Assembly (NCBI GenBank): GCA_964016885.1
Contig: OZ024740.1
Span: 435,984,001 to 436,048,000 of the forward strand
DNA length: 64,000 nucleotides
Origin: Eledone cirrhosa
Taxonomy: Eukaryota
Direction: 5' to 3'
Shown: positions 51,221 through 64,000 of the stretch, piece after piece
Position numbering within the stretch: the stretch's first letter is position 1
Layout of the letters: each line of letters starts with the position of its first letter
Notes under the pieces: model-generated
Told to the model about the DNA's origin: nothing
Database searches by the model: none
What the model saw: only the letters and a program-made list of their open reading frames with translations
Program-made: the position numbers and the translations under genes

Positions 51221-54200
51221 CAGTATATAAACCTCCCTTATCACTACCTAGCAACCCTAGCCAGTATATAAACCTCCCTTGTCACTACCTAGCAACCCTA
51301 GCCAGTATATAAACCTCTCTTATCACTACCTAGCAACCCTAGCCAGTATATAAAACTCTCTTATCACTACCTAGCAACCCTAGCCAGTATATAAACCTCC
51401 CTTATTACTACCTAGCAACCCTAGCCAGTATATAAACCTCCCTTATCCCTACCTAGCAACCTCAGCCAGTATATAAACCTACCTTATCACTACCTAGCAA
51501 CCTTAGCCAGTATATAAACCTCCCTTATCCCTACCTAGCAACCCTAGCCAGTATATAAACCTCCCTTATCACTACCTAGCAACCCTAGCCAGTATATAAA
51601 CCTACCTTATCACTACCTAGCAACCCTAGCCAGTATATAAACCTCCCTTATCACTACCTAGCAACCCTAGCCAGTATATAAACCTCCCTTATCACTACCT
51701 AGCAACCTCAGCCAGTATATAAACCTCCCTTATCACTACCTAGCAACCCTAGCCAGTATATAAACCTCTCTTATCACTACCTAGCAACCTCAGCCAGTAT
51801 ATGAACCTCCCTTATCACTACCTAGCAACCCTAGCCAGTATATAAACCTCCCTTATCACTACCTAGCAACCCTAGCCAGTATATAAACCTCCCTTATCAC
51901 TACCTAGCAACCTCAGCCAGTATATAAACCTCCCTTATCACTACCTAGCAACCCTAGCCAGTATATAAACCTCTCTTATCACTACCTAGCAACCTCAGCC
52001 AGTATATAAACTCCCTTATCACTACCTAGCAACCCTAGCCAGTATATAAACCTCCCTTATCACTACCTAGCAACCCTAGCCAGTATATAAACCTCCCTTA
52101 TCACTACCTAGCAACCTTAGCCAGTATATAAACCTCTCTTATCACTACCTAGCAACCTCAGCCAGTATATAAACCTCCCTTATCACTACCTAGCAACCCT
52201 AGCCAGTATATAAACCTCCCTTATCACTACCTAGCAACCCTAGCCAGTATATAAACCTCCCTTATCACTACCTAGCAACCTTAGCCAGTATATAAACCTC
52301 TCTTATCCCTACCTAGCAACCCTAGCCAGTATATAAACCTCCCTTATAACTACCTAGCAACCTTAGCCAGTATATAAACCTCTCTTATCACTACCTAGCA
52401 ACCCTAGCCAGTATATAAACCTCTCTTATCACTACCTAGCAACCTTAGCCAGTATATAAACCTCTCTTATCACTACCTAGCAACCTTAGCCAGTATATAA
52501 ACCTCTCTTATCACTACCTAGCAACCTTAGCCAGTATATAAACCTCTCTTATCACTACCTAGCAACCCTAGCCAGTATATAAACCTCTCTTATCACTACC
52601 TAGCAACCCTAGCCAGTATATAAACCTCCCTTATCACTACCTAGCAACCTCAGCCAGTATATAAACCTCCCTTATCACTACCTAGCAACCTTAGCCAGTA
52701 TATAAACCTCCCTTATTACTACCTAGCAACCTTAGCCAGTATATAAACCTCTCTTATCACTACCTAGCAACCTCAGCCAGTATATAAACCTCCCTTATTA
52801 CTACCTAGCAATCCTAGCCAGTATATAAACCTCCCTTATCACTACCTAGCAACCTTAGCCAGTATATAAACCTCCCTTGTCACTACCTAGCAACCCTAGC
52901 CAGTATATAAACCTCCCTTATTACTACCTAGCAACCTTAGCCAGTATATAAACCTCTCTTATCACTACCTAGCAACCCTAGCCAGTATATAAACCTCCCT
53001 TATCACTACCTAGCAACCCTAGCCAGTATATAAACCTCCCTTATTACTACCTAGCAACCCTAGCCAGTATATAAACCTCTCTTATTACTACCTAGCAACC
53101 CTAGCCAGTATATAAACCTCCCTTATTACTACCTAGCAACCTTAGCCAGTATATAAACCTCTCTTATCACTACCTAGCAACCCTAGCCAGTATATAAACC
53201 TCTCTTATCACTACCTAGCAACCCTAGCCAGTATATAAACCTCCCTTATCACTACCTAGCAACCTTAGCCAGTATATAAACCTCCCTTATTACTACCTAG
53301 CAACCCTAGCCAGTATATAAACCTCCCTTATTACTACCTAGCAACCCTAGCCAGTATATAAACCTCCCTTATCACTACCTAGCAACCTTAGCCAGTATAT
53401 AAACCTCTCTTATCACTACCTAGCAACCCTAGCCAGTATATAAACCTCTCTTATCACTACCTAGCAACCTTAGCCAGTATATAAACCTCCCTTATTACTA
53501 CCTAGCAACCCTAGCCAGTATATAAACCTCCCTTATCACTACCTAGCAACCCTAGCCAGTATATAAACCTCCCTTGTCACTACCTAGCAACCCTAGCCAG
53601 TATATAAACCTCCCTTATTACTACCTAGCAACCCTAGCCAGTATATAAACCTCCCTTATCCCTACCTAGCAACCCTAGCCAGTATATAAACCTCCCTTAT
53701 CACTACCTTGCAACCTCAGCGAGTATATAAACCTCCCTTATCACTACCTAGCAACCTCAGCCAGTATATAAACCTCCCTTATCACTACCTAGCAACCTTA
53801 GCCAGTATATAAACCTCCCTTATCACTACCTATCAACCTTAGCCGGTATATAAACCTCTCTTATTACTAACTAGCAACCCTAGCCAGTATATAAACCTAC
53901 CTTATCCCTACCTAGCAACCCTAGCCAGTATATAAACCTCCCTTATTACTACCTTGCAACCTCAGCCAGTATATAAACCTCCCTTATCACTACCTAGCAA
54001 CCTCAGCTAGTATATAAACCTCCCTTATCACTACCTAGCAACCTCAGCCAGTATATAAATCTCTCTTATCACTACCTAGCAACCTCAGCCAGTATATAAA
54101 CCTCCCTTATCACTACCTAGCAACCTTAGCCAGTATATAAACCTCTCTTATCACTACCTAGCAACCTCAGCCAGTATATAAACCTCCCTTGTCAGTACCT

Positions 54201-57200
54201 AGCAACCTTAGCCAGTATATAAACCTCCCTTATCACTACCTAGCAACCCTAGCCAGTATATAAACCTCCCTTATTACTACCTAGCAAACTTAGCCAGTAT
54301 ATAAACCTCCCTTATCACTACCTAGCAACCTTAGCCAGTATATAAACCTCCCTTATCCCTACCTAGCAACCCTAGCCAGTATATAAACCTCCCTTATTAC
54401 TACCTAGCAACCCTAGCCAGTATATAAACCTCCCTTATCACTACCTAGCAACCCTAGCCAGTATATAAACCTCCCTTATCACTACATAGCAACCTTAGCC
54501 AGTATATAAACCTCCCTTATTACTACCTAGCAACCTCAGCCAGTATATAAACCTCCCTTATCACTACCTAGCAACCTCAGCCAGTATATAAACCTCCCTT
54601 ATCACTACCTAGCAACCTTAGCCAGTATATAAACCTCTCTTATCACTACCTAGCAACCTCAGCCAGTATATAAACCTCCCTTGTCACTACCTAGCAACCT
54701 TAGCCAGTATATAAACCTCCCTTATCACTACCTAGCAACCCTAGCCAGTATATAAACCTCCCTTATCACTACCTAGCAACCTTAGCCAGTATATAAACCT
54801 CCCTTATCACTACCTAGCAACCTTAACCAGTATATAAACCTCTCTTATCACTACCTAGCAACCTTAGCCAGTATATAAACCTCCCTTATCACCACCTAAT
54901 AACCCTAGCCAGTATATAAACCTCCCTTATCACTACCTAGCAACCCTAGTCAGTATATAAACCTCCCTTATCACTACCTAGCAACCCTAGCCAGTATATA
55001 AATCTCCCTTATCACTACCTAGCAACCCTAGCCAGTATATAAACCTCCCTTATCACTACCTAGCAACCTTAGCCAGTATATAAACCTCCCTTATTACTAC
55101 CTAGCAACCCTAGCCAGTATATAAACCTCCCTTATCACAACCTAGCAACCTTAACCAGTATATAAACCTCTCTTATCACTACCTAGCAACCTTAGCCAGT
55201 ATATAAACCTCCCTTATCACTACCTAGCAACCCTAGCCAGTATATAAACCTCCCTTATCACTACCTAGCAACCCTAGCCAGTATATAAACCTCCCTTATC
55301 ACTACCTAGCAACCCTAGCCAGTATATAAACCTCCCTTATCACTACCTAGCAACCCTAGCCAGTATATAAACCTCCCTTATTACCACCTAGCAACCCTAG
55401 CCAGTATATAAACCTCCCTTTTCACCACCTAATAACCCTAGCCAGTATATAAACCTCCCTTATCACTACCTAGCAACCCTAGCCAGTATATAAACCTCCC
55501 TTATCACTACCTAGCAACCTTAGCCAGTATATAAACCTCTCTTATCACTACCTAGCAACCCTAGCCAGTATATAAACCTCCCTTATCACTACCTAGTAAC
55601 CCTAGCCAGTATATAAACCTCCCTTATTACTACCTAGCAACCTCAGCCAGTATATAAACCTCCCTTATCCCTACCTAGCAACCCTAGCCAATATATAAAC
55701 CTACCTTATCACTACCTAGTAACCCTAGCCAGTATATAAACCCCCCTTGTCACTACCTAGCAACCCTAGCCAGTATATAAACCTCCCTTATTACTACCTA
55801 GCAACCCTAGCCAGTATATAAACCTCCCTTATAACTACCTAGCAACCTTAGCCAGTATATAAACCTCCCTTATCCCTACCTAGCAACCCTAGCCAGTATA
55901 TAAACCTCCCTTATTACTACCTAGCAACCCTAGCCAGTATATAAACATTCCCTTATTACTACCTAGCAACCTTAGCCAGTATATAAACCTCCCTTATCAC
56001 TACCTAGCAACCTCAGCCAGTATATAAACCTCCCTTATCACTACCTAGCAACCTTAGCCAGTATATAAACCTCTCTTATCACTACCTAGCAACCTCAGCC
56101 AGTATATAAACCTCCCTTATCACTACCTAGCAACCTCAGCCAGTATATAAACCTCCCTTATCACTACCTAGCAACCTTAGCCCGTATATAAACCTCTCTT
56201 ATCACTACCTAGCAACCTCAGCCAGTATATAAACCTCCCTTGTCACTACCTAGCAACCTTAGCCAGTATATAAACCTCTCTTATCACTACCTAGCAACCC
56301 TAGCCAGTATATAAACCTCCCTTATCACTACCTAGCAACCTTAGCCAGTATATAAACCTCCCTTATCACTACCTAGCAACCCTAGCCAGTATATAAACCT
56401 CCCTTATTACTACCTAGCAACCTCAGCCAGTATATAAACCTCCCTTATCCCTACCTAGCAACCCTAGCCAGTATATAAACCTCCCTTATTACTACCTAGC
56501 AACCCTAGCCAGTATATAAACCTCCCTTATCACTACCTAGCAACCCTAGCCAGTATATAAACCTCCCTTATCACTACCTAGCAACCCTAGCCAGTATATA
56601 AACCTCCCTTATCACTACCTAGCAACCCTACCCAGTATATAAACCTCCCTTATCACTACCTAGCAACCCTAGCCAGTATATAAACCTCCCTTATCACTAC
56701 CTAGCAACCCTAGCCAATATATAAACCTCCCTTATCACTACCTAGCAACCCTAGCCAGTATATAAACCTCCCTTATCACTACCTAGCAACCCTAGCCAGT
56801 ATATAAACCTCCCTTATCACTACCTAGCAACCCTAGCCAGTATATAAACATTCACTTATTACTACCTAGCAACCTTAGCCAGTATATAAACCTCCCTTAT
56901 TACTACCTAGCAACCTTAGCCAGTATATAAACCTCCCTTATCACTACCTAGCAACCTTAGCCAGTATATAAACCTCCCTTATTACTACCTAGCAACCTTA
57001 GCCAGTATATAAACCTCCCTTATCACTACCTAGCAACCCTAGCCAGTATATAAACCTCCCTTATTACTACCTAGCAACCTCAGCCAGTATATAAACCTCC
57101 CTTATCCCTACCTAGCAACCCTAGCCAGTATATAAACCTCCCTTATTACTACCTAGCAACCCTAGCCAGTATATAAACCTCCCTTATCACTACCTAGCAA

Positions 57201-60200
57201 CCCTAGCCAGTATATAAACCTCCCTTATCACTACCTAGCAACCTCAGCCAGTATATAAACCTCCCTTATCACTACCTAGCAACCTTAGCCAGTATATAAA
57301 CCTCCCTTATCCCTACCTAGCAACCCTAGCCAGTATATAAACCTCCCTTATTACTACCTAGCAACCCTAGCCAGTATATAAACCTCCCTTATCACTACCT
57401 AGCAACCCTAGCCAGTATATAAACCTCCCTTATCACTACCTAGCAACCTTAGCCAGTATATAAACCTCCCTTATTACTACCTAGCAACCCTAGCCAGTAT
57501 ATAAACATTCCCTTATTACTACCTAGCAACCTTAGCCAGTATATAAACCTCCCTTATTACTACCTAGCAACCTTAGCCAGTATATAAACCTCCCTTATCA
57601 CTACCTAGCAACCTTAGCCAGTATATAAACCTCCCTTATCACTACCTAGCAACCCTAGCCAGTATATAAACCTCCCTTATCACTACCTAGCAACCCTAGC
57701 CAGTATATAAACCTCCCTTATCACTACCTAGCAACCCTAGCCAGTATATAAACCTCCCTTATCACTACCTAGCAACCCTAGCCAGTATATAAACCTCCCT
57801 TATCACCACCTAGTAACCCTAGCCAGTATATAAACCTCCCTTATCACTACCTAGCAACCTTAGCCAGTATATAAACCTCTCTTATCACTACCTAGCAACC
57901 TTAGCCAGTATATAAACCTCCCTTATCACTACCTAGCAACCTTAGCCAGTATATAAGCCTCCCTTATTACTACCTAGCAACCTTAGCCAGTATATAAACC
58001 TCCCTTATCACTACCTAGCAACCTCAGCCAGTATATAAACCTCCCTTATCCCTACCTAGCAACCCTAGCCAGTATATAAACCTCCCTTATTAATACCTAG
58101 CAACCCTAGCCAGTATATAAACCTCCCTTATCACTACCTAGCAACCCTAGCCAGTATATAAACCTCCCTTATCACTACCTAGCAACCCTAGCCAGTATAT
58201 AAACCTCCCTTATCACTACCTAGCAACCCTAGCCAGTATATAAACCTCCCTTATCACTACCTAGCAACCCTAGCCAGTATATAAACCTCCCTTATTACTA
58301 CCTAGCAACCTTAGCCAGTATATAAACCTCCCTTATTACTACCTAGCAACCTTAGCCAGTATATAAACCTCCCTTATCACTACTAGCAACCTTAGCCAGT
58401 ATATAAACCTCCCTTATCACTAGCAACCCTAGCCAGTATATAAACCTCCCTTATCACTACCTAGCAACCCTAGCCAGTATATAAACCTCCCTTATTACTA
58501 CCTAGCAACCTTAGCCAGTATATAAGCCTCCCTTATTACTACCTAGCAACCTTAGCCAGTATATAAACCTCCCTTATCACTACCTAGCAACCTCAGCCAG
58601 TATATAAACCTCCCTTATCCCTACCTAGCAACCCTAGCCAGTATATAAACCTCCCTTATTACTACCTAGCAACCCTAGCCAGTATATAAACCTCTCTTAT
58701 CACTACCTAGCAACCCTAGCCAGTATATAAACATTCCCTTATTACTACCTAGCAACCTTAGCCAGTATATAAACCTCCCTTATTACTACCTAGCAACCTT
58801 AGCCAGTATATAAACCTCCCTTATCACTACTAGCAACCTTAGCCAGTATATAAACCTCCCTTATCACTACCTAGCAACCCTAGCCAGTATATAAACCTCC
58901 CTTATCACTACCTAGCAACCCTAGCCAGTATATAAACCTCCCTTATCACTACCTAGCAACCCTAGCCAGTATATAAACCTCCCTTATCACTACCTAGCAA
59001 CCCTAGCCAGTATATAAACCTCCCTTATCACCACCTAGTAACCCAAGCCAGTATATAAACCTCCCTTATCACTACCTAGCAACCTTAGCCAGTATATAAA
59101 CCTCTCTTATCACTACCTAGCAACCTTAGCCAGTATATAAACCTCTCTTATCACTACCTAGCAACCTTAGCCAGTATATAAACCTCTCTTATCACTACCT
59201 AGCAACCTTAGCCAGTATATAAACCTCCCTTATCACTACCTAGCAACCCTAGCCAGTATATAAACCTCCCTTATCACTACCTAGCAACCCTAGCCAGTAT
59301 ATAAACCTCCCTTATCACTACCTAGCAACCCTAGCCAGTATATAAACCTCCCTTATTACCACCTAGCAACCCTAGCCAGTATATAAACCTCCCTTTTCAC
59401 CACCTAATAACCCTAGCCAGTATATAAACCTCCCTTATCACTACCTAGCAACCCTAGCCAGTATATAAACCTCCCTTATCACTACCTAGCAACCTTAGCC
59501 AGTATATAAACCTCTCTTATCACTACCTAGCAACCCTAGCCAGTATATAAACCTCCCTTATCACTACCTAGTAACCCTAGCCAGTATATAAACCTCCCTT
59601 ATTACTACCTAGCAACCTCAGCCAGTATATAAACCTCCCTTATCCCTACCCAGCAACCCTAGCCAATATATAAACCTACCTTATCACTACCTAGTAACCC
59701 TAGCCAGTATATAAACCCCCCTTGTCACTACCTAGCAACCCTAGCCAGTATATAAACCTCCCTTATTACTACCTAGCAACCCTAGCCAGTATATAAACCT
59801 CCCTTATAACTACCTAGCAACCTTAGCCAGTATATAAACCTCCCTTATCCCTACCTAGCAACCCTAGCCAGTATATAAACCTCCCTTATTACTACCTAGC
59901 AACCCTAGCCAGTATATAAACATTCCCTTATTACTACCTAGCAACCTTAGCCAGTATATAAACCTCCCTTATCACTACCTAGCAACCTCAGCCAGTATAT
60001 AAACCTCCCTTATCACTACCTAGCAACCTCAGCCAGTATATAAACCTCCCTTATCACTACCTAGCAACCTTAGCCAGTATATAAACCTCTCTTATCACTA
60101 CCTAGCAACCTCAGCCAGTATATAAACCTCCCTTGTCACTACCTAGCAACCTTAGCCAGTATATAAACCTCTCTTATCACTACCTAGCAACCCTAGCCAG

Positions 60201-63200
60201 TATATAAACCTCCCTTATCACTACCTAGCAACCTTAGCCAGTATATAAACCTCCCTTATCACTACCTAGCAACCCTAGCCAGTATATAAACCTCCCTTAT
60301 TACTACCTAGCAACCTCAGCCAGTATATAAACCTCCCTTATCCCTACCTAGCAACCCTAGCCAGTATATAAACCTCCCTTATTACTACCTAGCAACCCTA
60401 GCCAGTATATAAACCTCCCTTATCACTACCTAGCAACCTCAGCCAGTATATAAATCTCTCTTATCACTACCTAGCAACCTCAGCCAGTATATAAACCTCC
60501 CTTATCACTACCTAGCAACCTTAGCCAGTATATAAACCTCTCTTATCACTACCTAGCAACCTCAGCCAGTATATAAACCTCCCTTGTCACTACCTAGCAA
60601 CCTTAGCCAGTATATAAACCTCCCTTATCACTACCTAGCAACCCTAGCCAGTATATAAACCTCCCTTATCACTACCTAGCAACCTTAGCCAGTATATAAA
60701 CCTCCCTTATCACTACCTAGCAACCTTAACCAGTATATAAACCTCTCTTATCACTACCTAGCAACCTTAGCCAGTATATAAACCTCCCTTATCACCACCT
60801 AATAACCCTAGCCAGTATATAAACCTCCCTTATCACTACCTAGCAACCCTAGTCAGTATATAAACCTCCCTTATCACTACCTAGCAACCCTAGCCAGTAT
60901 ATAAATCTCCCTTATCACTACCTAGCAACCCTAGCCAGTATATAAACCTCCCTTATCACTACCTAGCAACCTTAGCCAGTATATAAACCTCCCTTATTAC
61001 TACCTAGCAACCCTAGCCAGTATATAAACCTCCCTTATCACAACCTAGCAACCTTAACCAGTATATAAACCTCTCTTATCACTACCTAGCAACCTTAGCC
61101 AGTATATAAACCTCCCTTATCACTACCTAGCAACCCTAGCCAGTATATAAACCTCCCTTATCACTACCTAGCAACCCTAGCCAGTATATAAACCTCCCTT
61201 ATCACTACCTAGCAACCCTAGCCAGTATATAAACCTCCCTTATCACTACCTAGCAACCCTAGCCAGTATATAAACCTCCCTTATTACCACCTAGCAACCC
61301 TAGCCAGTATATAAACCTCCCTTTTCACCACCTAATAACCCTAGCCAGTATATAAACCTCCCTTATCACTACCTAGCAACCCTAGCCAGTATATAAACCT
61401 CCCTTATCACTACCTAGCAACCTTAGCCAGTATATAAACCTCTCTTATCACTACCTAGCAACCCTAGCCAGTATATAAACCTCCCTTATCACTACCTAGT
61501 AACCCTAGCCAGTATATAAACCTCCCTTATTACTACCTAGCAACCTCAGCCAGTATATAAACCTCCCTTATCCCTACCTAGCAACCCTAGCCAATATATA
61601 AACCTACCTTATCACTACCTAGTAACCCTAGCCAGTATATAAACCCCCCTTGTCACTACCTAGCAACCCTAGCCAGTATATAAACCTCCCTTATTACTAC
61701 CTAGCAACCCTAGCCAGTATATAAACCTCCCTTATAACTACCTAGCAACCTTAGCCAGTATATAAACCTCCCTTATCCCTACCTAGCAACCCTAGCCAGT
61801 ATATAAACCTCCCTTATTACTACCTAGCAACCCTAGCCAGTATATAAACATTCCCTTATTACTACCTAGCAACCTTAGCCAGTATATAAACCTCCCTTAT
61901 CACTACCTAGCAACCTCAGCCAGTATATAAACCTCCCTTATCACTACCTAGCAACCTCAGCCAGTATATAAACCTCCCTTATCACTACCTAGCAACCTTA
62001 GCCAGTATATAAACCTCTCTTATCACTACCTAGCAACCTCAGCCAGTATATAAACCTCCCTTGTCACTACCTAGCAACCTTAGCCAGTATATAAACCTCT
62101 CTTATCACTACCTAGCAACCCTAGCCAGTATATAAACCTCCCTTATCACTACCTAGCAACCTTAGCCAGTATATAAACCTCCCTTATCACTACCTAGCAA
62201 CCCTAGCCAGTATATAAACCTCCCTTATTACTACCTAGCAACCTCAGCCAGTATATAAACCTCCCTTATCCCTACCTAGCAACCCTAGCCAGTATATAAA
62301 CCTCCCTTATTACTACCTAGCAACCCTAGCCAGTATATAAACCTCCCTTATCACTACCTAGCAACCCTAGCCAGTATATAAACCTCCCTTATCACTACCT
62401 AGCAACCCTAGCCAGTATATAAACCTCCCTTATCACTACCTAGCAACCCTACCCAGTATATAAACCTCCCTTATCACTACCTAGCAACCCTAGCCAGTAT
62501 ATAAACCTCCCTTATCACTACCTAGCAACCCTAGCCAATATATAAACCTCCCTTATCACTACCTAGCAACCCTAGCCAGTATATAAACCTCCCTTATCAC
62601 TACCTAGCAACCCTAGCCAGTATATAAACCTCCCTTATCACTACCTAGCAACCCTAGCCAGTATATAAACATTCACTTATTACTACCTAGCAACCTTAGC
62701 CAGTATATAAACCTCCCTTATTACTACCTAGCAACCTTAGCCAGTATATAAACCTCCCTTATCACTACCTAGCAACCTTAGCCAGTATATAAACCTCCCT
62801 TATTACTACCTAGCAACCTTAGCCAGTATATAAACCTCCCTTATCACTACCTAGCAACCCTAGCCAGTATATAAACCTCCCTTATTACTACCTAGCAACC
62901 TCAGCCAGTATATAAACCTCCCTTATCCCTACCTAGCAACCCTAGCCAGTATATAAACCTCCCTTATTACTACCTAGCAACCCTAGCCAGTATATAAACC
63001 TCCCTTATCACTACCTAGCAACCCTAGCCAGTATATAAACCTCCCTTATCACTACCTAGCAACCTCAGCCAGTATATAAACCTCCCTTATCACTACCTAG
63101 CAACCTTAGCCAGTATATAAACCTCCCTTATCCCTACCTAGCAACCCTAGCCAGTATATAAACCTCCCTTATTACTACCTAGCAACCCTAGCCAGTATAT

Positions 63201-64000
63201 AAACCTCCCTTATCACTACCTAGCAACCCTAGCCAGTATATAAACCTCCCTTATCACTACCTAGCAACCTTAGCCAGTATATAAACCTCCCTTATTACTA
63301 CCTAGCAACCCTAGCCAGTATATAAACATTCCCTTATTACTACCTAGCAACCTTAGCCAGTATATAAACCTCCCTTATTACTACCTAGCAACCTTAGCCA
63401 GTATATAAACCTCCCTTATCACTACCTAGCAACCTTAGCCAGTATATAAACCTCCCTTATCACTACCTAGCAACCCTAGCCAGTATATAAACCTCCCTTA
63501 TCACTACCTAGCAACCCTAGCCAGTATATAAACCTCCCTTATCACTACCTAGCAACCCTAGCCAGTATATAAACCTCCCTTATCACTACCTAGCAACCCT
63601 AGCCAGTATATAAACCTCCCTTATCACCACCTAGTAACCCTAGCCAGTATATAAACCTCCCTTATCACTACCTAGCAACCTTAGCCAGTATATAAACCTC
63701 TCTTATCACTACCTAGCAACCTTAGCCAGTATATAAACCTCCCTTATCACTACCTAGCAACCTTAGCCAGTATATAAGCCTCCCTTATTACTACCTAGCA
63801 ACCTTAGCCAGTATATAAACCTCCCTTATCACTACCTAGCAACCTCAGCCAGTATATAAACCTCCCTTATCCCTACCTAGCAACCCTAGCCAGTATATAA
63901 ACCTCCCTTATTAATACCTAGCAACCCTAGCCAGTATATAAACCTCCCTTATCACTACCTAGCAACCCTAGCCAGTATATAAACCTCCCTTATCACTACC
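51221..64000. repeat. Satellite D, 41-bp monomer (CAGTATATAAACCTCCCTTATCACTACCTAGCAACCCTAGC), more than 310 copies, truncated by the window end
   Basis: Monomer read directly. Strongly G-poor on the plus strand. Variants CCCTAG/CCTTAG/CCTCAG. Confidence 0.98.

Noticed and set aside
49838-51271. 477, 423 and 370 aa ORFs with 13-residue repeats
   Set aside because: A 39-bp period leaves frames open on both strands. There is no recognisable domain and no sign of codon-level constraint.
51221-64000. Telomeric repeat (AACCCT within satellite D)
   Set aside because: One partial motif per 41 bp, not tandem (TTAGGG)n.

Overview
Eukaryotic (animal) genomic DNA, about 91% tandem repeat. The RTE-LINE family and the dense TA microsatellites suggest a cephalopod or other mollusc; this is inference. 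The only convincing host coding sequence is one 75-bp plus-strand exon (22476-22550, [25 protein letters not shown]) from the TBC Rab-GAP domain of an EVI5-like gene. No neighbouring exon was recognised, so the rest of the window appears to be two very large introns. These hold four satellites (38/40, 83, 39 and 41 bp monomers; three carry multi-kb internal duplications), a ~185-bp foldback, four RTE 3' fragments, a complete 659-bp non-autonomous Helitron and a structured 605-bp element set in TA microsatellite. The most unusual item is a 59-bp array (21151-22068) that parses exactly as head-to-tail 51-bp hAT/Charlie-like mini-transposons, each separated by one 8-bp NNNTANNN target-site-like spacer. 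The long ORFs in the supplied track are repeat artefacts, except the RTE reverse-transcriptase C-terminus.
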